From Nemertoderma westbladi (lineage: Eukaryota; Animalia; Xenacoelomorpha): 64,000 bases of DNA. A model generated the notes under the pieces. It ran no database searches, had not been told where the DNA came from, and was given only the letters and a program-made list of their open reading frames with translations. Below, in pieces: positions 11,337-24,706 of this stretch; within the stretch, counting starts at the first letter, position 1; each line of letters opens with the position of its first letter. The stretch spans positions 1 through 64,000 of the forward strand of contig JAUCBJ010007930.1 in the NCBI GenBank assembly GCA_032718475.1, read 5' to 3'. Both the position numbers and the translations under genes were made by a program.

Positions 11337-12360
11337 TATGAAATTATTTATACTCTTAAGTATGAAATTTATACACAATAATCATGTAATTATGATATAA
11401 TAATATCAAAATTCGGTATATCAGTAATGTAAGGTAGTAAATTGAGTTTTGGCTATTGTTTGTTTTGTGTAACTGTAAAACATGTGTGCAATGCGTTTGT
11501 TTAGTACTTATATATTCTATTTACAATGTAATATAACTCAGCGTTAAGTGATTCAGTAGGGTACACACTGTGATTTGTCTTACCAATAACGATTGCCAAC
11601 GATTATCAACCTGGTCCAGTAATCACAATAGTCCTCTATATGTCTATTGTATGCGTTAATTATTAATCCCGTAGTTATGGCTACCATTATAACATTGGCG
11701 TTGACTCATAATAATGGAAATGTGCAGTAATTTACGCCGCATTCATGGCAGAGAGAGAGCACTGTAAGTCCATTTTTTGAGATTTTCCGATATTTAAATT
11801 GTAGAGGGATTCGATATGGGGGTGGTTTTCGCTTGGCAGAAAAACGTAAGTTTTTAAATACCGTTCAGAATTTGGTGTGGCAAAATCTGTAAAAATTCAA
11901 TATTTGGCTAATTTGGGTAAAAAAACGGGGTGTTAATCAGGTTAAATATGAGCAATATTTTCTGGTAATTAAAGATATTGATATTCATGGGTTTTGTGAT
12001 TCCTGCATAAATGGTATTTATAAAGTTCTCTAATATCAATTCTATAGATAGTTACTAAATAAGTGTCAAAAAAAGGTTTATTATTAAATTTCAATCATTT
12101 ATTTAATAAATAAAAGTTTCTGATCAACACTATCCTAGAACTGGAAATATTGACCTATGGTGTTCTGCCTCGAACTTAGTGTTAATCACACGGTCTTCTT
12201 AAAAATAAATTTAACAATTAAATCATCCCAATTTTTTTATTATTATAATTTAGCCCGTTTTCTGTATGGCGAAATAATAGAGATGTATTAAGTGAAAAGT
12301 TGACATATCCTCAGTTGATTAAACAACAAAGTAATTCTGTATATTATTGACTAAGTTCAA
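11337..12360. promoter_or_regulatory. Putative bidirectional promoter region
   Basis: Divergent ATGs 1024 bp apart. Inferred from layout only; no motif identified. Confidence 0.4.
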
Positions 12361-13623
12361 ATGGATTTTTACGAGAATGATTGGCAGCTGGGTGCTTGTG
12401 AATCTACCCGAAATATACTCCAAGTTCTGTGCCAAAATATAAACCAACACACCGCGTCTATCCTAGAAATAAAGAGGCAACGAGAGAAGATCCACAAAGA
12501 GGTGGCCGAGAAACATGCACTCCTTCAAGGGTTCATCACCAAAGAAGATAAGGTCGTCGTTCAGGTTAAGTTCTCCTTCCTTATTGTCGGAGATATCGAC
12601 ACTGTCTCTCAGGATTTTAGAGCCGAGATATTTTACCAAGCAAAGTGGCAAGAACCAGCACTGGCTGGTCTCAGTAAGAAGGCACTCAAAGAACTCGACT
12701 GGAGACAGTATTGGGACCCCAGACTAAAGATTGAGAACCTAAAAGATATCATTCAAGACGAGATGTGGTATAAAGTGAGGCGAGAGGGTCCCAACAGGAC
12801 CCCTTGGGTAATCCAACGCCGTAGATTCAAGGGGATATTCATTGAGCAACTTGAGTTGCAACACTTTCCTTGCGACATTCAGGACATCTCGATAACTCTA
12901 ATTACAGACAGACTTCGCTCGGAAGTAGAGTTAGTTCCGGACATGTCGGAGCCATCCACAGTTAATCGATACAGTTTCCAAGACCAGGAGGAATGGGACA
13001 TTTATAATCACGTGCAAGTAGTCCAGGGTAGACCAGATTCGAACCCAGAGATAAAACAAAGTTACCCCGAAATAACTGCTACTTGTAGAGTCAAGCGAAA
13101 GGCTTTGCTCTACTTCTGGAATGTAGTTCTTCCGATGATGATGATGGCGTTTATTTCGCTAACCGGTTTCGCCATCCCTATCATTTGGCAGTCTGCTCGC
13201 ATGGCCAACGCTTGCACGTTGCTACTGACAGCCGTTGCTTTTAAGTTCGTCATATCGGGCAACCTTCCAACAATTAGTTATCTCACCTACCTAGATATCT
13301 ACGTTCTAGTAGAGATGTTGGGGCTGGGGATTATGGTGCTGGTGTACGCGGGTTTAGCTATACTGCGACCGGATTGGTTAGGTCGGGCTGTACCATTAGA
13401 GAGCGAACAACCTGCGTTCCTTGGAGATATGATTGCCCTTGGAGCACTCGCCCTGTTCCAGGTATCCTTCCATATTGGCTTCGGACTTTTCTTCTACCTC
13501 AAAACGAATAAAAGACGTAAAATAATGAAAGAAATGGACGAAGATTACAAAAGAGAGTCCCAGACAAAGAAGACAAGAATGTCTCTTAGAAAATCTAAAT
13601 CGGATTTTTTTATTGGAAAATAA
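12361..13623 (+). CDS. Cys-less (Pro-loop) pentameric ligand-gated ion channel subunit, 420 aa, intronless
   Basis: IDTVSQDF, W-x-E-P, WDPRLKIEN, Pro-loop LELQHFPCDIQ without the C-x13-C pair, pre-M1 R, four TM helices, M2 SARMANACTLLLTAVAF, M2-M3 loop LPTISYLTYLD, and a short M3-M4 loop. Confidence 0.92.
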   Translation: MDFYENDWQLGACESTRNILQVLCQNINQHTASILEIKRQREKIHKEVAEKHALLQGFITKEDKVVVQVKFSFLIVGDIDTVSQDFRAEIFYQAKWQEPALAGLSKKALKELDWRQYWDPRLKIENLKDIIQDEMWYKVRREGPNRTPWVIQRRRFKGIFIEQLELQHFPCDIQDISITLITDRLRSEVELVPDMSEPSTVNRYSFQDQEEWDIYNHVQVVQGRPDSNPEIKQSYPEITATCRVKRKALLYFWNVVLPMMMMAFISLTGFAIPIIWQSARMANACTLLLTAVAFKFVISGNLPTISYLTYLDIYVLVEMLGLGIMVLVYAGLAILRPDWLGRAVPLESEQPAFLGDMIALGALALFQVSFHIGFGLFFYLKTNKRRKIMKEMDEDYKRESQTKKTRMSLRKSKSDFFIGK

Positions 13624-13664
13624 ATTGAAATATTTAAATTGGCTTTGTAAAGAGCCCCGAACAT

Positions 13665-16600
13665 GCACAGGAACTCCCTAGTATTGTCAGCGGGGGTGTA
13701 CATGAAGGTTTATATGATGTGTCTCTTTTAGGGACTCCCTGGTATTGTCTGTGGTGGTGTACATGAAGGTGTGTGTATCTGCTGTGTCTCTTTAGGGGCT
13801 CCCATGTATTGTCTGCGGGGGTGTACACGAATGTGTATCTGTTGTGTCTCTTTAGGGGCTCCCTAGTATTGTCTGTGGTGGTGTACATGAAGGTGTATCT
13901 GCTGTGTCTCTTTAGGGGCTCCCATGTATTGTCCGCGGGGGTGTACACGAACGTGTATCTGTTGTGTCTCCTTAGGAGCTCCCTTGTATTGTCTGTGGTG
14001 GTGTACATGAAGGTGTATCTGTTGTGTCTCTTTAGGGGCTTCCTAGTATTGTCTGCGGTGGTGTACATGAAGGTGTATCTGTTGTATCTCCTCTGGGGAT
14101 CCCTAGTATTGTCTGTGGTGGTGTACATGAAGGTGTATCTGTTGTGTCTCCTTAGGGGCTCCCTTTTATTGTCTGTGGTGGTGTACATGAAGGTGTATCT
14201 GTTGTATCTCCTCTGGGGATCCCTAGTATTGTCTGTGGTGGTGTACATGAAGGTGTATATGTTGTGTCTCCTTAGGGGCTCCCTTGAATTGTATGTGGTG
14301 GTGTACATGAAGGTGTATCTGTTGTATCTCCTCTGGGGATCCCTAGTATTGTCTGTGGTGGTGTACATGAAGGTGTATCTGTTGTGTCTCCTTAGGGGCT
14401 CCCTTTTATTGTCTGTGGTGGTGTACATGAAGGTGTATCTGTTGTATCTCCTCTGGGGATCCCTAGTATTGTCTGTGGTGGTGTACATGAAGGTGTATCT
14501 GTTGTGTCTCCTTAGGGGCTCCCTTTTATTGTCTGTGGTGGTGTACATGAAGGTGTATCTGTTGTATCTCCTCTGGGGATCCCTAGTATTGTCTGTGGTG
14601 GTGTACATGAAGGTGTATCTGTTGTATCTCCTCTGGGGATCCCTAGTATTGTCTGTGGTGGTGTACATGAAGGTGTATATGTTGTGTCTCTTTAGGGGCT
14701 TCCTAGTATTGTCTGCGGTGGTGTACATGAAGGTGTATCTGTTGTATCTCCTCTGGGGATCCCTAGTATTGTCTGTGGTGGTGTACATGAAGGTGTATCT
14801 GTTGTGTCTCCTTAGGGGCTTCCTTTTATTGTCTGTGGTGGTGTACATGAAGGTGTATCTGTTGTATCTCCTCTGGGGATCCCTAGTATTGTCTGTGGTG
14901 GTGTACATGAAGGTGTATATGTTGTGTCTCCTTAGGGGCTCCCTTGTATTGTATGTGGTGGTGTACATGAAGGTGTATATGTTGTGTCTCCTTGTCCTTA
15001 GGGGCTCCCTTGTATTGTATGTGGTGGTGTACATGAAGGTGTATATGTTATGTCTCCTTGTCCTCAGGGGCTCCCTTGTATTGTCTGTGGTGGTGTACAT
15101 GAAGGTGTATATGTTGTGTCTCCTTGTCCTTAGGGGCTCCCTTGTATTGTCTGTGGTGGTGTACATGAAGGTGTATATGTTGTGTCTCATTGTCCTTAGG
15201 GGCTCCCTTGTATTGTCTGTGGTGGTGTACGTGAAGGTGTATCTGTTGTGTCTCCTTAGGGGCTCCCTTGTATTGTATGTGGTGGTGTACATGAAGGTGT
15301 ATCTGTTGTGTCTCCTTAGGGGCTCCCTTGTATTGTATGTGGTGGTGTACATGAATGTGTATCTGTTGTGTATCTTAGGAGCTCCCTTGTTTTGTCTGTG
15401 GTGGTGTACATGAATGTGTATATGTTGTGTCTCCTTGTCCTTAGGGGCTCCCTTGTATTGTATGTGGTGGTGTACATGAAGGTGTATATGTTGTGTCTCC
15501 TTGTCCTTAGGGGCTCCCTTGTATTGTCTGTGGTGGTGTACATGAAGGTGTATCTGTTGTGTCTCCTTAGGAGCTCCCTTGTATTGTATGTGGTGGTGTA
15601 CATGAAGGTGTATATGTTGTGTCTCCTTGTCCTTAGGGGCTCCCTTGTATTGCCTGTGGTGGTGTACATGAAGGTGTATATGTTGTGTCTCCTTGTCCTT
15701 AGGGGCTCCCTGGTATAGTCTGTGGTGGTGTACATGAAGGTATATCTGTTGTGCCTCCTTAGGAGCTCCCTTGCATTGTCTGTGGTGGTGTACATGAAGG
15801 TGTATATGTTGTGTCTCCTTGTCCTTAGGGGCTCCCTTGTATTGTCTGTGGTGGTGTACATGAAGGTGTATCTGTTGTGTATCCTTAGGAGCTCCCTTGC
15901 ATTGTCTGTGGTGGTGTACATGAAGGTGTATCTGTTGTATCTCCTCTGGGGATCCCTAGTATTGTCTGTGGTGGTGTACATGAAGGTGTATATGTTGTGT
16001 CTCCTTGTCCTTAGGAGCTCCCTTGCATTGTCTGTGGTGGTGTACATGAAGGTGTATCTGTTGTATCTCCTCTGGGGATCCCTAGTATTGTCTGTGGTGG
16101 TGTACATGAAGGTGTATATATTGTGTCTCCTTGTCCTTAGGAGCTCCCTTGCATTGTCTGTGGTGGTGTACATGAAGGTGTATCTGTTGTGTCTCTTTAG
16201 GGGCTCCCTTTTATTGTCTGTGGTGGTGTACATGAAGGTGTATCTTGGTGTACATGAAGGTGCATCTGCTGTGTCTCTTTAGGGGCTCCCTAGTATTGTC
16301 TGTGGTGGTGTACATGAAGGTGTATGTGTTGTGTCTTCTTAGGAGCTCCCTAGTATTGTCTGTGGTGGTGTACATGAATGTGTATCTGTTGTGTATCTTT
16401 GGAGCTCCCTTGTTTTGTCTGTGATGGTGTACATGAAGGTGTATCTGGTGTGTCTCTTTAGGGGCCCCTAGTATTGTCTGCGGGGGTGTACATGAAGGTG
16501 TATGTGTTGTGTCTTCTTAGGAGCTCCCTAGTATTTTCTGTGGTGGTGTACATGAATGTGTATCTGTTGTGTATCTTTGGAGCTCCCTTGTTTTGTCTGT

Positions 16601-17560
16601 GGTGGTGTGCATGAAGGTGTATCTGGTGTGTCTCTTTAGGGGCCCTTAGTTTTATCTGCGGGGGTGTAGATGAAGGTGTATCTGTTGCGTCTCCTTAGGA
16701 GCTCCCTTGTATTGTCTGTGGTGGTGGTGTACATGAATGTGTATTTGTTGTGTATCTTTGGAGCTCCTTAGGGGCTCCCTAGTATTGTCTGCGGTTGTGT
16801 ACGTGAACGTGTATCTATGGTGTCTCTTTGGAGCTCCCTTGTTTTGTCTGTGGTGGTGTACATGAAGGTGTATCTGTTGTGTCTCTTTAGGGGCTCCCTA
16901 GTAGTGTCTGCGGTGGTGTACATGAAGGTGTATCTGTTGTGTCTCTTTAGGGGCTCCCTAGTAGTGTCTGTGGTTGTGTACGTGAACGTGTATCTATGGT
17001 GTATCTTTGGAGCTCCCTTGTTTTGTCTGTGGTGGTGTACATGAAGGTGTATCTGTTGTGTCTCTTTAGGGGCTCCCTTGCATTGTCTGTGGTGGTCTAC
17101 ATGAAGGTGTATCTGTTGTGTCTCCTTAGAGGCTCCCTGGTATTGTCTGTGGTGGTGTACATGAAGGTATATATGTTGTGTCTCCTTAGGAGCTCCCTTG
17201 TATTGTCTGCGGTGGTGTACGTGAGCGTGTATCTATGGTGTATCTTTGGAGCTCCCTTGTTTTGTCTGTGGTGGTGTACATGAAGGTGTATCTGTTGTGT
17301 CTCCTTAGAGGCTCCCTGGTATTGTCTGTGGTGGTGTACATGAAGGTGTTTCTGTTGTGTCTCCTTAGGAGCTCCCTTGCATTGCCTGCGGGGGTGTACA
17401 TGAAGGTGTATATGTTGTGTCTCCTTGTCCTTATGGGCTCCCTTGTATTGTCTGCGGTGGTGTACATGAAGGTGTATCTGTTGTATCTCCTCTGGTGATC
17501 CCTAGTATTGTCTGTGGTGGTGTACATGAAGGTGTATCTGTTGTGTCTCTTTAGGGGCTC
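13665..17560. repeat. 60/69-bp minisatellite, ~60 units
   Basis: Unit gtattgtctgtggtggtgtacatgaaggtgtatctgttgtgtctccttaggggctccctt, with variants carrying a 9-bp insert (ccttgtcctt). Confidence 0.98.
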
Positions 17561-18044
17561 TCTACCGCCCATTATCTTTACTAATTACCATACTATGTTT
17601 AAATATTCCATACATACATATGTATGCTCTACATTGAGTATACTAAATATAATATCGTATGTGTGTATAACACTGCGTTATAGTAGCTTAGATAAATTAA
17701 AACGCTTAAAAAATCATATATTAACCATAGTGTTCGGTTAATAATTTATATTCTAGTTTGCTTGTTTACATGTGATAATATAATACTAATTATGATTATG
17801 CTTCTTCAAATATCATTAGCACTATTATAAAGCTCATTATCAGCTTGTGTTACTGACACATTTACTGCATTTTTACTGTTATTTGCGCAGTCAATTTTAA
17901 TTGGATACTGCAACTGTTGGTTATATTTACCTTTTCCTTTTATCTTTTACGACTATAAATTCTCTCCTACTTTAGGAGTTGGTTTAACATAATCATATAA
18001 CTGTCATCATATAATATAGGTTTCATCATGGACTCACTTAAAAA

Positions 18045-18745
18045 ACACTCTTTAAAAAAACAAATCTCCAATGTTGTACAAGATTCGATATAACTCACGT
18101 TCTAAAACGATTTTATTGACTCCGTATTAAATAGAAGGGTTGAATTGAAACTGGGAATGTTGTGTTATAAGAGTCTAAATGGCTTGGCACGGCACTATTT
18201 CAGCGATTAATTGACGCTACACAGAAAATACCAAACCTGTATTTGTGTTTTTCACCCTTTGTAAATTATAACATAGGTTTTCAATTTGGAACTTCCGATT
18301 TCGAAAAAAGAGTAAGTGTTTAAATTAACGATTTATACTAAAAGTTTGAGTGGTATTGACATAAGGGTTAATTACAATCACTTTTAAAAATAATTATAAA
18401 ACTAACTTTTCCTTATCAAATTAGGCCAACTGGTTTCTCAAGAAACCCTAGTTTTACTTAGAAAAAACCACCGGTTTTAAATAATCTCACACATATAATT
18501 AAGGAAAAAAACGGGGTTTTCGGAAATAAATCTGTTTTTAATTACTGTTAAAAACTTGGTGTTTGTAAATCCTTTGAAAGTAGGGTTTGTGGGTTGTAAA
18601 AACCACGGCTTTTTATACATTTAACTTTCATTTTGTTAACTGATAAACCTGGGTTTTTATTCAATAAAGATTGAGGCTTCTAACAAATAAAATGCCGCTT
18701 TTATGATAATAAATTATAAATTAATGCGATTAAACCTGGGGTATG
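18045..18745. repeat. Degenerate foldback/MITE-like remnant with repeated aaacc..ggttt palindromic motifs
   Basis: About a dozen variants (aaaccctagtttt, aaaccaccggtttt, aaacctgggtttt). No matching second end found. Confidence 0.35.
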
Positions 18746-20269
18746 TTAATATTTGAAACTTTCTTACCCTTACCCCTCTTACCGCACAAGTCCCTTTCAC
18801 CCATAGTACCACCTACAAAATTGGAATTATAACGAACGTAAAAAGAGTTTGTTCGGTAATCTAATGCAACTAATTATATTCGATAAATTAACTAATAAGT
18901 CGCTGGCAGCTGCAATCTTACAAATTGCATATGAATGTTGCGTTTTCTGAATGGGAAATGTTCTGTTCCATCTACATTATTCCTTTTCATGGTACTTATT
19001 CGAGTCGCCACACAAGGAAATTAATGGATTCGAATTCGCTTTGATATGATTTACGATTTACTCAACTTTGATCCTAAACCCCTCATAAATTTAAATTAAC
19101 TCATTATTAATATTCAATCTTTCTGCGAGAAATTTAATTAGAATAAAGCTGGGTATCATTAAGGCAAAAGAGGATGTGGTATTGCGGTTATAATATTAAC
19201 GGACTCAAGTTCAAAAACCTCCAACATAATCCAACATAATTATTGATTGTGTGGCTAATGTGCTGTGTGTATAGATACAGTATTTCCTCCATTCCGTAGT
19301 TTTGAGGAAGATAATTAAATCAAAACTATTATAATTGCATACTGCCCTGTTGCTAATTACAATATTCCAGTTATTACCTTTTAAAACAGCAGACTGCTAT
19401 CACATGTCTTGTTTATTTTATTTTATTATAATATGTTATTTTATTTCATAAATTAAAGCTTTTATATATTAATATATAGGACTTTACAAACTTCATTTGT
19501 TAAGATTAAGTTAAGCTGCTTAAGCGACTTAAATATTATAAATTCTGTGGAATAATATTATTCTTCTTCCTTCATTAATTAAATTCTACCCAAAAAAATG
19601 TACCTCAATATAATATTTCCAATTTAGCTATATTCATATTTGTTTCTATGATATTTTAATGGGAGTTAAGCTGACTAATAATAAACGGAACTTCCATAGG
19701 GTTTAAAAGAGGAATTTATTATATTCAAGTAAATATTCACTTCGTAGGCCTACAGTAAAATAGATTACGAACAATTTACACTTCCATGAACGCAATTAAT
19801 TAATTCTTTGAAATTTAAAATATCGATTGCAGAACGTATGCGGATTATCTTTTACGCATATCAGCGGAACTCTAGTGGGTAGGTTCTGTACTGATCGATA
19901 TCTTTAGCAAATAAATCCCGGTGACTCGTTATCAGTACCGAGTCGCCACACTACTCTATCGTAGAGATAAGAACATCAATGTAACTCTGAGTTACAGCGA
20001 TGTAACATAATTAAATGAAATTTGTTCTCATTGTCACCAGCGACAAAGGCTTCACTTACTGTAGCAGATAAATGCTCCGATTTGTCAGCAGTTTACATTT
20101 GGAGACAATTCCTCAACTTAATAGGATAATCCGACTCAATCTAAAATGGTTCCGTGATGAAGGTACGAATGGGACGAAACGGAGGTCCGAACAGGTCGAC
20201 TTAAGGGAAATTAGTAGGTCATAGAGGTATGTTAATCTAACCAAAACAATAAACGAGAGTGTATAGCGC

Positions 20270-23200
20270 TGGTCACTTGGATCTTAATCTAACTCGGACC
20301 ATGGTCTAACTCGGACCTTGGTCTCACTCGGACCTTGGTCTAACTCGGACCTTGGTCTCACTCAGACCTTGGTCTCACTTGGATCTTAATCTCATTCGGA
20401 CCTTGGTCTCACTCGGACCTTGGTCTCACTCAGACCTTGGTCTCACTTGGATCTTAATCTCACTCGGACCTTGGTCTCACTCGGACCTTGGTCTAACTCG
20501 GACCTTGGTCTCACTCAGACCTTGGTCTCACTTGGATCTCAATCTCACTCGGACCTTGGTCTCACTCGGACCTTGGTCTAACTCGGACCTTGGTCTAACT
20601 CGGACCTTTGTCTCACTCGGACCTTTGTCTCACTCGGACCTTTGTCTAACTCGGACCTCGGTCTCACTCGGACCTTGGTCTCACTCGGACCTTGGTCTAA
20701 CTCGGACCTTGGTCTCACTCAGACCTTGGTCTCACTTGGATCTTAATCTCATTCGGACCTTGGTCTCACTCGGACCTTGGTCTCACTCAGACCTTGGTCT
20801 CACTTGGATCTTAATCTCACTCGGACCTTGGTCTAACTCGGACCTTTGTCTCACTCGGACCTTGGTCTCACTCAGACCTTGGTCTCACTTGGATCTTAAT
20901 CTCACTCGGACCTTGGTCTCACTCGGACCTTGGTCTCACTCGGACCTTTGTCTCACTCGGACCTTTGTCTCACTCGGACCTTGGTCTAACTCTGACCTTG
21001 GTCTCACTCGGACCTTGGTCTAACTCTGACCTTGGTCTCACTCGGACCTTTGTCTCACTCGGACCTTTGTCTCACTCGGACCTTGGTCTCACTCGGACAT
21101 TGGTCTAACTCGGATCTTGGTCTCACTCGGACCTTGGTCTCACTTGGACCTTGGTCTCACTCGGACCTTTGTCTCACTCGGACCTTGGTGTCATTCGGAC
21201 CTTGGTCTAACTCTGACCTTGGTCTCACTCGGACCTTGGTGTCACTCAGACCTTGGTCTAACTCAGACAATGTTCAAACTCGGACGTTTGTCTCAAGTGG
21301 ACCTTTATCTCACTCAGACCTTTGTCTCACTCAGACCTTGGTCTAACTTGGACCTTGGTCTCACTCGGACCTTTGTCTCACTCGGACATTGGTCTAACTC
21401 GGATCTTGGTCTCACTCGGACCTTGGTCTCACTTGGACCTTGGTCTCACTCGGACCTTGGTCTCACTCGGACCTTTGTCTCACTCGGACCTTGGTGTCAT
21501 TCGGACCTTGGTCTAACTCTGACCTTGGTCTCACTCGGACCTTGGTGTCACTCAGACCTTGGTCTAACTCAGACAATGTTCAAACTCGGACGTTTGTCTC
21601 ATGTGGACCTTTATCTCACTCAGACCTTTGTCTTACTCAGACCTTTGCCTCACTCAGACCTTGGTCTCACTCGGACCTTTGTCTCACTCGGACCTTGGTC
21701 TAACTTGGACCTTTGTCACACGTGGACCTTTGTCTAACTCAGACCTTGGTCTCACTCGGACCTTGGTCCTCTTGGATCTTGTTTTCACTCGGACCTTTGT
21801 CTCACTCAGACCTTGGTCTAACTCGGACCTTGGTCTCACTCGTACCTTGGTCTAACTCGGACCTTGGTCTCACTCGGACCTTGGTCTAACTCTGACCTTG
21901 GTCGGTCTCAGTCGGACCTTGGTCTAACTCGGACCTTTGTCTCACTCGGACCTTTGTCTCACTCGGACCTTTGTCTAACTCGGACCTCGGTCTCACTCGG
22001 ACCTTAGTCTCACTCGGACCTTGGTCTAACTCGGACCTTGGTCTCACTCAGACCTTGGTCTCACTTGGATCTTAATCTCATTCGGACCTTGGTCTCACTC
22101 GGACCTTGGTCTCACTCGGACCTTGGTCTAACTCGAACCTTCGTCACACTCAGACCTTGGTCTCACTTGGATCTTAATCTCACTCGGACCTTGGTCTCAC
22201 TCGGACCTTGGTCTAACTCGGACCTTGGTCTCACTCAGACCTTGGTCTCACTTGGATCTTAATCTCACTCGGACCTTGGTCTCACTCGGACCTTGGTCTA
22301 ACTCGGACCTTGGTCTCACTCGGACCTTTGTCTCACTCGGACCTTTGTCTCACTCGGACCTTGGTCTCACTCAGACCTTGGTCTCACTCGGACCTTGGTC
22401 TCACTCGGACCTTGGTCTCACTCGGACCTTGGTCTAACTCTGACCTTGGTCTCACTCGGACCTTGGTCTCACTCAGACCTTGGTCAAACTCGGACGTTTG
22501 TCTCAAGTGGACCTTTATCTCACTCAGACCTTTGTCTCACTCAGACCTTGGTCTAACTTGGACCTTGGTCTCACTCGGACCTTTGTCTCACTCGGACCTT
22601 GGTCTAACTCGGATCTTGGTCTCACTCGGACCTTGGTCTCACTCGGACCTTGGTCTCACTTGGACCTTGGTCTCACTCGGACCTTGGTCTCACTCGGACC
22701 TTTGTCTCACTCGGACCTTGGTGTCATTCGGACCTTGGTCTAACTCTGACCTTGGTCTCACTCGGACCTTGGTGTCACTCAGACCTTGGTCTAACTCAGA
22801 CATTGTTCAAACTCGGACGTTTGTCTCATGTGAACCTTTGTCTCACTCGGACCTTGGTCTACTCGGACCTTGGTCTAACTCGGACCTTTGTCTCACTCGT
22901 ACCTTGGTCTAACTCGGACCTTGGTCGGTCTCAATCGGACCTTGGTCTAACTCGGACCTTTGTCTCACTCGGACCTTGGTCTATCTCGGACCTTGGTCTC
23001 ACTCGGACCTTGGTCTCACTCGGACCTTGGTCGGTCTCACTCAGACCTTGGTCTAACTCGGACCTTGGTCTAACTCTGACCTTGGTCAGTCTCACTCGGA
23101 CCTTGGTCTAACTCGGACCTTGTTCTAACTCGGACCTTTGTCTCACTCGTACCTTGGTCTAACTCGGACCTTGGACTAACTCTGACTTTGGTCGGTCTCA

Positions 23201-24285
23201 CTCAGACCTTGGTCTAACTCGGACCTTTGTCTCACTCGGACCTTGGTCTAACTCGGACCTTGGTCTAACTCGGACCTTTGTCTCACTCGGACCTTGGTCT
23301 ACTCGGACCTTGGTCTAACTCGTACCTTGGTCTAACTCGTACCTTGGTCTAACTCGGACCTTGGTCGGTCTCACTCGGACCTTGGTCTCACTCGGACCTT
23401 GGTCGGTCTCACTCGGACCTTGGTCGGTCTCACTCGGACCTTGGTCTAACTCGGACCTTGGTCTAACTCTGACCTTGGTCGGTCTCACTCGGACCTTGGT
23501 CTCACTCGGACCTTTGTCTCACTCAGACCTTGGTCTACTCGGACCTTGGTCTAACTCGTACCTTGGTCTAACTCGTACCTTGGTCTAACTCGGACCTTGG
23601 TCGGTCTCACTCGGACCTTGGTCTCACTCGGACCTTGGTCGGTCTCACTCGGACCTTGGTCGGTCTCACTCGGACCTTTGTCTCACTCAGACCTTGGTCT
23701 AACTCTGACCTTGGTCGGTCTCACTCGGACCTTGGTCTAACTCAGTCCTTTGTCGCACTCGGACCTTGGTCTAACTCAGACCTTGGTCTCACTCGGACCT
23801 TGGTCTCACTCGGACCTTGGTCTCACTCGGACCTTGGTCGGTCTCACTCGGACCTTGGTCGGTCTCACTCGGACCTTGGTCTAACTCGGACCTTGGTCTA
23901 ACTCTGACCTTGGTCGGTCTCACTCGGACCTTGGTCTCACTCGGACCTTTGTCTCACTCAGACCTTGGTCTAACTCTGACCTTGGTCGGTTTCACTCGGA
24001 CCTTGGTCTAACTCTGACCTTGGTCGGTCTCAGTTGGACCTTGGTCTAACTCGGACCTTTGTCTCACTCGTACCTTGGTCTAACTCGGACCTTGGTCTCA
24101 CTCGGACCTTGGTCTAACTCTGACCTTGGTCGGTCTCAGTCGGACCTTGGTCTTACTCGAACCTTTGTCTCACTCGTACCTTGGTCTAACTCGGACCTTG
24201 GTCTCACTCGGACCTTGGTCTTACTCGGACCTTGGTCTCACTCAGACCCTGGTTTCAAACGGACCTTGGTCTAACTCGTACCTTT
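20270..24285. repeat. 17-bp minisatellite (with 21-bp variants), >200 units
   Basis: Unit actcggaccttggtctc. A variant with duplicated ggtc is concentrated in the right part. Confidence 0.98.
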
Positions 24286-24706
24286 GGCATAATACATGTA
24301 AAACCTGTAATATATGCCTAATTGTCTATCTGTCCAGTTTGAAAGTTCGAAAAATTACACCGTCACAGTTATAGTCGACAAGCAATAATAATATTAATTC
24401 ATGTTAATTATCAAGAAGCAAACAGGTTAGTTTGGACAATTCTAAACACAAACCTGAGACGGCAAAAACAGGTTCATATTTGTTGGCTGTCGGCTGTTGG
24501 TTGTTGGCGTAGCCTTTACACCACGTAAAATAAAAAGAATGGGTTTCTATAATATTCACCTTAAAGCAAAAATGGGTAACAAAATTTCAGTGGTACCACA
24601 TATATGGAATTGTAGCTAAAGTCAAAGTTGTGGTATTCCTATTGCATTTATCTGATACTCATTTGAACCGCATTAAGGAAGAGTAAACAAACACCTCCAG
24701 AACAAG

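Noticed and set aside
13634-17572. Long ORFs (572, 546, 305 aa, etc.) on both strands
   Set aside because: Products of stop-free 60/69-bp units; open on both strands, broken by 59-bp units, and no domain.
20352-24374. Many overlapping ORFs over the 17-bp array
   Set aside because: Unit is not a multiple of 3; the same peptide cycles through all frames.
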